Positions 57,673 through 64,000 of a DNA stretch of 64,000 nucleotides are shown here, in pieces. Under the pieces are notes generated by a model that saw only the letters and a program-made list of their open reading frames with translations, did not search any database and was not told the origin of the DNA. The first letter of the stretch is position 1. Each line of letters starts with the position of its first letter. This stretch comes from Cyanophora paradoxa CCMP329. Its lineage: Eukaryota > Plantae > Glaucophyta. The position numbers and the translations under genes were made by a program. The stretch is taken from the NCBI GenBank assembly GCA_004431415.1, contig QPMI01000192.1, forward strand, positions 62,001 to 126,000. Reading direction: 5' to 3'.

Positions 57673-59175
57673 TTATTTTTTGCTGCAATTGCACCCGTGA
57701 TGCGCGAGTTGACAATTGTCTTTAAGATGTGGGCGCCTGTTGTTAATGCGATCCACGACGAGCCTGTAATTCGGATCTTGCGGCTCAATCGGAATAGGAA
57801 GGGAACAGAGCGCACAGGCGCCCTTCTGTTGCTTCTTGCGCTCTAATATCCACTCCGGCGTAATATAATCCGCCTCGTCGAAATCGCGCCCGGCACGCTG
57901 ATCCTGGCATTTATAACCGCGGATCTTCGTTTTCAGATATTCGATGTAGTCGCTCTTTCCTTGGAACTTGTGAATCGGTGTATAAATCAGCACAGTGGAC
58001 AGATCGCGGTTACGAGTTAGCGCGGTATAGAACCATTCGCGAGTGGTATAGCGGAACGTAGCCTCACAAATGACAATGCCCGAATCAAGTGTGAGACCTT
58101 GCGTTGAATGACCTGTTCCTGCATAAGGGAGAGAAAAATGTTCTAACATCGCGCACGGAACCTCGAACGTGACGCCATCGAAAACGTCAGTTAATGTGAC
58201 CATTTGCTTGGTGATTTTGGTGATTCGATAGGTGTAATTCGTGTATGCATTAATAGACTCACCCTCAGACCGCGAAATGCGTAGATACCTGCGACAAACG
58301 ACTTCCAGACCCTTGTAGAATTTGATGCCATTGACCTCTACGGTTGGGATATTTACTTTCCGTCTATCGTGCATCAGTTTGTTATAGGCTAAGGTCATTT
58401 CGTTTCTGTAAGCGATGCCAAAGTAGCCGTCGGGGATAGCGCTTAGATCATTAATTGTCGGCAACCCGTATTTCGAGATAATCTGTGCGGCTTCGAGTCC
58501 GTTTTCGAAGAGATCCTCTTTGATCGCCCGAATTAATTCACGGTCTGTCTCCTTCTTGTGCCGCTTGTTAATGCGTAGACTCAGGACGTTAGGGAACATG
58601 CTCTGCACAGCGCGCTTATAGTAGCCCTTGCGATCAGAAACCGAGAGCTCGTCATTAATCGGTTCGTTCTGATAGGTATCGCCATTAGCCAAATATTTGA
58701 TATCCGGGTAGCGATCGATAAACGACTTGATCTTAGCGAGATCTTTTACAGAATACGCGAATATCTCGTCGAACATAATGTGGCTGAACTCGGAGACAAA
58801 CGCCCTCTGGTCTTTTTCGCTCATAGCCTCTTCGTAGGTCTGATCATTTGAGACACGGATCCCGAGAACATTATACAAAGTGCGAACGGTAATATTCTCG
58901 ATTCCGCGGACTTTGAGAGAGTCCCTCAGCTCTGCGCACTGTTTGTTATAGGGGCAAATGACTAAGCAATTTGACTTTTGAGAGGCAAAGCAATTAATAC
59001 CGAGGGTCGACTTTCCACTTCCGGGCATGTCAGCAAGGACAAGCATACGATTATGGAGCTCCGCAACCCAATTAAAGCACTCCGGATTAAATTCGTCCCT
59101 CAGCGAGAACCGGTTAATGAGTGTCTCGGGATCCTGAAATTCGAGAGTTACACCCGTGGTGGGCGGAGTGCATTC
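57673..59175 (-). CDS. SF1 (RecD/Pif1-like) helicase with C-terminal HNH/EndoVII-like nuclease domain
   Basis: Walker A MPGSGKS, Walker B IMFDE, GDTYQNEP, TGHSTQGLT, FYTALTR. C-terminal CALC..VVDRINNRRPHLKDNCQLAHHGCN. First ATG at 59046, but the frame is open from 59175. Confidence 0.88.
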   Translation of the reverse strand, partial: ECTPPTTGVTLEFQDPETLINRFSLRDEFNPECFNWVAELHNRMLVLADMPGSGKSTLGINCFASQKSNCLVICPYNKQCAELRDSLKVRGIENITVRTLYNVLGIRVSNDQTYEEAMSEKDQRAFVSEFSHIMFDEIFAYSVKDLAKIKSFIDRYPDIKYLANGDTYQNEPINDELSVSDRKGYYKRAVQSMFPNVLSLRINKRHKKETDRELIRAIKEDLFENGLEAAQIISKYGLPTINDLSAIPDGYFGIAYRNEMTLAYNKLMHDRRKVNIPTVEVNGIKFYKGLEVVCRRYLRISRSEGESINAYTNYTYRITKITKQMVTLTDVFDGVTFEVPCAMLEHFSLPYAGTGHSTQGLTLDSGIVICEATFRYTTREWFYTALTRNRDLSTVLIYTPIHKFQGKSDYIEYLKTKIRGYKCQDQRAGRDFDEADYITPEWILERKKQQKGACALCSLPIPIEPQDPNYRLVVDRINNRRPHLKDNCQLAHHGCNCSKK

Positions 59176-61982
59176 TCAGGGCATCTTTTCCCGGGAATAT
59201 AGCTGAATTTGCCCATGTTCTCAAACGCATTTCGGTCGAACTCTTTCTTACTTGTCCATGAACCTTCGATATATAGGCAATCCGTTCTGATCCCGGCAAC
59301 CTTGTGCCCGCGCGCTGTCAGGCGCTTGTATTGCGCAAACATATTAGCACGGTTGCGATCGTAAATATGAAAGTGGATAGGAAGGAATCCGTTAACGAGC
59401 TCGCGGTGGGAGCTGATCTTAACGAAATAGATGTGACCTTCGAATTCGCTAAGAGTTTTGACACGTTTCGAATTCTTAGGATTGAAAGTAAACACCTCTA
59501 CTGTTCCTCCGCATTCTTGGGCGAACCTCTCAGCCTCGGCACGGTTGTAGAACATTTTCGTGGATGTTTGCGAGTCTTGGAATTTGCCGAGCATTCCGAT
59601 CTCTTTCACTAAAATATGCTTCTTATCTGTGGTTTGAATGTCGCTTGACAGCACTTTTTGCATCTCAGCGATCGACGTATTGGGCACCAAATGCGAAGGC
59701 TCCGCGACCGCGATAATCTCTATCTTGTCCTTTACGTCCGCCCAATGCATGGAGAGAGTGTAGCCTGTCATGAAATTATAACAGCGACCACTCACGGAAA
59801 ATGCGCGATCCAGAATAATTTCGATTCCATCAATCTTGCGAGACATGGCGGCATCATAATCTACATCCTCATCGTCGGCGAAAGTCGCTTGCTCTCTCTC
59901 AAACGCAACGACACGCACGTAGTAGATCGCGTATTCGAGAATATCGCTTCCCGCTTTAAAGGGAACGAAGTCATCAAACACATTGTATTTCGGAAGATAT
60001 TGCATGCCTTTCAGTATCGAAGGGTAGCACTTCGCCATATCGACAGCTGTGTAGGTGGCTTTCGGGTTCGGCTTATAGAAAAAGCCGCTTAGTGCGGATC
60101 GCTTGTAGTGCGTGAGAATTTCGCGCATGTTCGGGCTGTAATGTGAGATATTCGTCGCATTTAGAAGCGACTCCCGGAATCCCTTCCCGATTTCACAGAC
60201 CTTATTATAATACTCCTCTGTTTCGAAATCTTGCTCAATAAAGTGGTCTGTTGTGCGTGGATCTTTGATAGAGAACATCGAGCCATTGGCTTTGAATGTG
60301 ATGCTGTCGATCTGTTTCGATGGTGTTAGCTTCACAGCGGGCTCATATCGCATTTTCAGGAACGTAAATAGAAGACCTTCCAGACCTTCGCGCCCAGTAT
60401 AAAGAATGCGGATGAAACTGCGCTCGTCGGGCGATAGTTTAAGTTGCGTGATCTTTACCAAATCCTTGGATGTGTGCGCGAAGATATCGTGAGTAAGACA
60501 CGTCGGAATTTTATAGAGTGCTAACGAAGAGTTCGACTTAGGAACATGACTATCGAGCTCTTCGACCTCCATCTTCGCCATGCGCATTTCGAGCGACTTG
60601 ATGTTATCGTTGAATATATAGATGTGCTTGTTGTGAATCATAAAGTGAATATTGCGGGGAAAGATGTTTTTGTTAATTGATTCCGCCGCGAATTTGTGTA
60701 TTAACTTTCCGTCGACATCAAAGACGCGGAAGCCTGTCTGAATTCTCTTACAGAATTTCTCGATATGGCGGAGGGTGAGAGCCAGAGAGTCGCCAGGTGT
60801 GCGTTCGCGACCGTGAAAGAATTTATAGAGACCGTCATACGACATAGTTAAGTCAGTATATCGCGGTTTTGGCGCCTCCTGACACTTCTTAATGGACGCT
60901 CCCCATGTGGATATGATCATATCGTAGCCGCAAGCGTTAGATGTCGATGATTTGGGAAGCTCAATAATATCTTCGAACTCAGACGCGTTTGGATTTAATG
61001 TGTAGTCTGTGAATTTGCTCATAATCGCGGTGCATCGCATACTGTCCATTAGCTCCTCATCCAGAAATGCATAGCGATTTCCAGGTATAGCACCGGCTCC
61101 GTCATCTTCGACACCTTCGTCCCCATCGATCGCGACCTCATGAACAGTTATAAAGGCATCATCGACACTGCCGCCAAAATCATCGAAACCTTTGCGTAGT
61201 TTTTTCTGTTCCTCGGTTGGTGGTGTCTTAAAGAAGAACATCTCGTATGCTTGTCCGAAAGTTCCCAGACCAATCTTCAATTCATCGTAGTTTTCGAGTA
61301 AATCGAAGATTGAATCTCTCTCTTCCGAATAATAACGATTTTGAGCGGTGAGAATTCCATACACTCTATCGATTTTTGCCAGAGCAAAGTTTCGCAACAC
61401 CCTCACCGAAACTGTCTCTCTTATATTCTGGTAGGTGACAAAGGTTCTGTCTTTTATATATGTTCCGGGAATTCCGGGAATAACAATTACCTCCGACGAC
61501 CGAGCACCGGATCCAGGTCCCCATAGCTTGAACGTAATTGTTGCGAGAGTTTCCGGATCGTATGCGGCGATTGGATCGAGAATAGTGCGTTTAATCGCAT
61601 CCTCTACCGCTTTTAGTTTACCTCTCTGCTGCTTCGCTTCGAGTTTCGCTTCTTTCGCCCGTTTCTGTTCTCGTTTGCGATCGAAGCGCTGTAAACGCTT
61701 CGCCTCTTGTTCTTTTTGCTTTTGCTTTTCTATATTAACTTGGGTGCGAGCGGCGCGCTTCTCTTTCCGCTCTGCCCTGCGGAAAACGCGGGGATTAATG
61801 ATTCCATTCAGAGTGTCCCGAATGTCGATCAGCGTTTGGAGCTTGGGCTTCCGATTCATTGTGTTGTGCATCGCCCAATGCGCCTGTTCTTCGGTTAGCA
61901 AATCCTGACTCAATCCCTGCATAATGTATCCGATAATTTCATCCCGAACATTGTTAGCGATTCTGTTGGTTGCGCGCGGCAT
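59148..61982 (-). CDS. Divergent protein-primed family B DNA polymerase with N-terminal terminal-protein-like region and vOTU-like protease
   Basis: Motif A VDMAKCYPSIL, motif B KKHILVKEIGMLGK, motif C GIRTDCLY. Cys/His pair SNACGYD ... HNKHIY. Basic N-terminus. Confidence 0.82.
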   Translation of the reverse strand: MPRATNRIANNVRDEIIGYIMQGLSQDLLTEEQAHWAMHNTMNRKPKLQTLIDIRDTLNGIINPRVFRRAERKEKRAARTQVNIEKQKQKEQEAKRLQRFDRKREQKRAKEAKLEAKQQRGKLKAVEDAIKRTILDPIAAYDPETLATITFKLWGPGSGARSSEVIVIPGIPGTYIKDRTFVTYQNIRETVSVRVLRNFALAKIDRVYGILTAQNRYYSEERDSIFDLLENYDELKIGLGTFGQAYEMFFFKTPPTEEQKKLRKGFDDFGGSVDDAFITVHEVAIDGDEGVEDDGAGAIPGNRYAFLDEELMDSMRCTAIMSKFTDYTLNPNASEFEDIIELPKSSTSNACGYDMIISTWGASIKKCQEAPKPRYTDLTMSYDGLYKFFHGRERTPGDSLALTLRHIEKFCKRIQTGFRVFDVDGKLIHKFAAESINKNIFPRNIHFMIHNKHIYIFNDNIKSLEMRMAKMEVEELDSHVPKSNSSLALYKIPTCLTHDIFAHTSKDLVKITQLKLSPDERSFIRILYTGREGLEGLLFTFLKMRYEPAVKLTPSKQIDSITFKANGSMFSIKDPRTTDHFIEQDFETEEYYNKVCEIGKGFRESLLNATNISHYSPNMREILTHYKRSALSGFFYKPNPKATYTAVDMAKCYPSILKGMQYLPKYNVFDDFVPFKAGSDILEYAIYYVRVVAFEREQATFADDEDVDYDAAMSRKIDGIEIILDRAFSVSGRCYNFMTGYTLSMHWADVKDKIEIIAVAEPSHLVPNTSIAEMQKVLSSDIQTTDKKHILVKEIGMLGKFQDSQTSTKMFYNRAEAERFAQECGGTVEVFTFNPKNSKRVKTLSEFEGHIYFVKISSHRELVNGFLPIHFHIYDRNRANMFAQYKRLTARGHKVAGIRTDCLYIEGSWTSKKEFDRNAFENMGKFSYIPGKRCPENALRPPRV

Positions 61983-62004
61983 CTCTATTAGTTCTTTTAA
62001 AATA

Positions 62005-62024
62005 ACCGGAGAAAATAATTTCGG
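62005..62024 (-). promoter_or_regulatory. Conserved viral promoter motif upstream of pPolB
   Basis: Exact copy of the 20-mer, ending 22 nt before ATG 61982. Confidence 0.75.
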
Positions 62025-62151
62025 CGCAATCTACCAAATTCTCCTTTTCATACCCTTGTCGCCAATTCTTTAAGTGCTTTTTTGACGGATGCGGGGAATA
62101 AAAAGGGAGTTAAAAAATTAATCATTTTTTGCATCGTGCGGATACTTTCCG

Positions 62152-62565
62152 CTACGAAGTTTTTGCGTTCTCGACGACATGCTTTCGGGGTCTCCCAGCG
62201 GGCTTTTGCGGTTGGGGTTTAGCGGGCGGATTCAGCTTTCGTTCCGCTCTTTTCCTGCGTTGGTATTCCCTTGCCTTCTCTCGGATTTTCTCCCGATACT
62301 CTTCATCGTCTTGGTATCGCTGCTGTTTACGAATTGCGATCTTTTGTAGCTGTTCCGGTGTGAATATAGTAGCCTCTCCGGCGGCTAATCGCTCTTGCTT
62401 TTGTCTCTGATGCTTGTTTCGCTGCCGCTCGGCGTCTTTTTCGCGTTTCAGTCTTAATCTCTCCGCCTTCTCCTCTTCTGTGATCACCTTCTTCGGTCGC
62501 CCGGGTCTGCGCTTTTCCTGCTGTGCCGCCATTGCCTCTTGGTTTGAAATCTTGGGTTTCGCCAT
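62152..62565 (-). CDS. Basic coiled-coil protein with two AT-hook-like motifs
   Basis: KRRPGRPKK near the N-terminus, KPAGRPRK near the C-terminus, K/R/E/Q-rich helix between. Confidence 0.7.
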   Translation of the reverse strand: MAKPKISNQEAMAAQQEKRRPGRPKKVITEEEKAERLRLKREKDAERQRNKHQRQKQERLAAGEATIFTPEQLQKIAIRKQQRYQDDEEYREKIREKAREYQRRKRAERKLNPPAKPQPQKPAGRPRKHVVENAKTS

Positions 62566-62573
62566 TTACTTTA

Positions 62574-62586
62574 ACCGGAGAAAATA
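62574..62586 (-). promoter_or_regulatory. Core of the viral promoter motif TATTTTCTCCGGT
   Basis: 13-nt core ending 8 nt before ATG 62565. Confidence 0.7.
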
Positions 62587-62689
62587 GTTTTTTGTCACTC
62601 TGTATTATTTCCCTTGCCCTTATATACCTTTTACCGAAACCTTCATTTTTTGCCCTCGGATCGATAAAAGCGCCACCGAAATTCACCGC

Positions 62690-63103
62690 TCAATAACCGT
62701 TCCAGACGGTTTGTTCTTGTTGCTGAGGATATACATAAGGGTTTGTTAAGCTGTCATCGTCGCCTAATGCCATTTGATCCAATCTATACATCGGATAAGG
62801 GGAGTCAGCGCGAAAATGCCCTTCCACAAATTCAGGACATGAGCGCCTTCTAATATGCTCTACATGCACGTCCTCTATCTGAGCGGTTTCGATATTAGAA
62901 CTCATAGCCGCGGGCACAGGCGAGGGCGATCGAGATCGTGGGTGGTTGTGATTGTCGCTGTGGTTAGAATATACAGAGAGGCGCCTACCTCCATGGTCTT
63001 CATCGGTAATATCAACCTCTACGGTTGTGTCGCAACATCCGGACTTACAGTGAGATATAAAATGTAGATGAAACATTTCAATGCATTGTGTTATGAAATT
63101 CAT
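62690..63103 (-). CDS. Hypothetical viral protein (N-terminal HCKSGCC motif)
   Basis: 137-aa ORF, co-oriented and tightly packed with its neighbours. Confidence 0.6.
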   Translation of the reverse strand: MNFITQCIEMFHLHFISHCKSGCCDTTVEVDITDEDHGGRRLSVYSNHSDNHNHPRSRSPSPVPAAMSSNIETAQIEDVHVEHIRRRSCPEFVEGHFRADSPYPMYRLDQMALGDDDSLTNPYVYPQQQEQTVWNGY

Positions 63104-63134
63104 AGATCCTACAAAGAATCAATTTATAAATTTC

Positions 63135-64000
63135 TCACATGTTGGCTAAGAACCGCTCAATCGCATCTTTAATATCCGTCTCAGTGTATGGAATGCGAAG
63201 AAGCTTAATGTCATTGGCTTCACAGAACCGCTTTTTGATTCCATCACGAATCTGTGTCTTCTTGAAGCCCTCTTCACCTCCAAAGAACTCAATTGCTTCA
63301 AAGTGCTGTTTACCATCAAATTCAATTGCAAGTCTGAGAGAAGGGACATAGAAGTCAAACTTTAAGGGATATTTATGACGGCAATCTTCAAATGAAAATT
63401 GTTGCTGAAATTGAATCCCGAGACCCTCTAATATTTCACTAATCTCAGACTCGCCTTTCGAAACTCGGCAAAAGGGGCAACCACACTTGAAGTGAACGAC
63501 TGGAAACTGTTCGAAAACCCCATTACATTTCTTGCACTTGATAGTGACTCGACTTGTGACAGTTTCAAATTTGACCAAAGAATAATCAAAGGCATCGCCA
63601 TGTGCATCTTTGAATCTTCGGAGTATTTCTTCTTGTGTGATCCTCCTTTGTAGACCATTTTGCCTGTCAGCGCACTTTTTGCAGCCTGACCCTTGCGTGA
63701 TATGTGAGGCTAATGTCTGTTGGTTCTCAGCTCCGCAAGCTTTGCACTTGATGATTACCTTGCTCGTCCATCCTTTGTAGTCTACCTTTGAATAATCAAA
63801 TTTATCACCATGAACAGCTGTCGCTTTTGCAATGACCTCATCAATACTTAAACGATTCTTCTCAGCTAATCTCTCAGGTGCGCATTTATTACAACCACGT
63901 CCCCGCATGTGACATGATGGTGCCTGAAAGAAAAATGCATCACACCTCTTGCAGAATATTTGGACTTTCTCTTGACTGTGTGTGTATTCAACACTCTCAT
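63135..64000 (-). CDS. Zn-ribbon repeat (DUF723-like) protein with C-terminal Vsr/DUF559-like PD-(D/E)xK endonuclease; 5' end outside the window
   Basis: Repeats DYS.V.Y...KV.I.C..C...Q...H..G.GC..C. C-terminal SKGE..I, LKFDFY, IEFDGKQHF, LLRIPY. Frame is open to position 63998. Confidence 0.85.
   Translation of the reverse strand, partial: ESVEYTHSQEKVQIFCKRCDAFFFQAPSCHMRGRGCNKCAPERLAEKNRLSIDEVIAKATAVHGDKFDYSKVDYKGWTSKVIIKCKACGAENQQTLASHITQGSGCKKCADRQNGLQRRITQEEILRRFKDAHGDAFDYSLVKFETVTSRVTIKCKKCNGVFEQFPVVHFKCGCPFCRVSKGESEISEILEGLGIQFQQQFSFEDCRHKYPLKFDFYVPSLRLAIEFDGKQHFEAIEFFGGEEGFKKTQIRDGIKKRFCEANDIKLLRIPYTETDIKDAIERFLANM

Larger units (their letters stand above)
53867..64000. mobile_element. 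Endogenous Polinton/Maverick-like virus (left part; continues beyond the window)
   Basis: Abrupt GC drop, intron-less compact ORFs, rve integrase plus protein-primed PolB-like gene plus SF1 helicase, repeat-rich terminal region beginning AG after GCATGC. Exact terminus is inferred. Confidence 0.9.

Noticed and set aside
59186-59192. GGGAAAA as the -1 slippery site for pPolB-helicase
   Set aside because: Wrong phase (GGG AAA A in the polymerase frame), and a -1 shift there meets TGA at 59178-59176.

Overview
Eukaryotic nuclear DNA with two compartments. (1) About 1-53,860 is very GC-rich, intron-dense host DNA with short introns, GTGCGC/GTGAGC-type donors and several GC donors, so the six-frame ORF track is mostly misleading here. 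Genes rebuilt by manual splicing: a CobD/HisC-like PLP enzyme, an LRR-coiled-coil-RING E3 ligase plus a diverged double-LRR paralogue, a membrane receptor kinase with a cyanobacterial Pkn2/Spk-type catalytic domain (plus two partial inverted copies), a small ENOD93-like membrane protein, a Rad5-like SNF2 helicase, a PP2C, an HVA22/REEP protein, proteasome beta-3, 40S protein S9, and a ~12.7 kb LamG/FN3 surface-protein locus. The intron style and cyanobacterial-type kinase suggest an archaeplastid protist, possibly a glaucophyte (inference only). Non-coding host DNA carries a 215 bp CACTA MITE with a TTA target duplication, a repeated intron-exon-intron cassette with a 14-bp hairpin that sits head-to-head with three different genes, and a pervasive X-rc(X)-X trinucleotide insertion signature. 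(2) About 53,867 to the window end is an intron-less, clearly lower-GC endogenous Polinton/Maverick-like virus that runs off the right edge. It has a repeat-rich terminal region, a prokaryote-type S-adenosylmethionine decarboxylase, a tandem DUF5710 protein, an rve integrase (D-D-N), and a vOTU-pPolB plus SF1 helicase-HNH module split by a one-base frame offset. It also has an AT-hook protein, a Zn-repeat Vsr-like endonuclease and a shared promoter motif. No capsid or packaging ATPase gene lies in the window. All host exon boundaries are manual and approximate.
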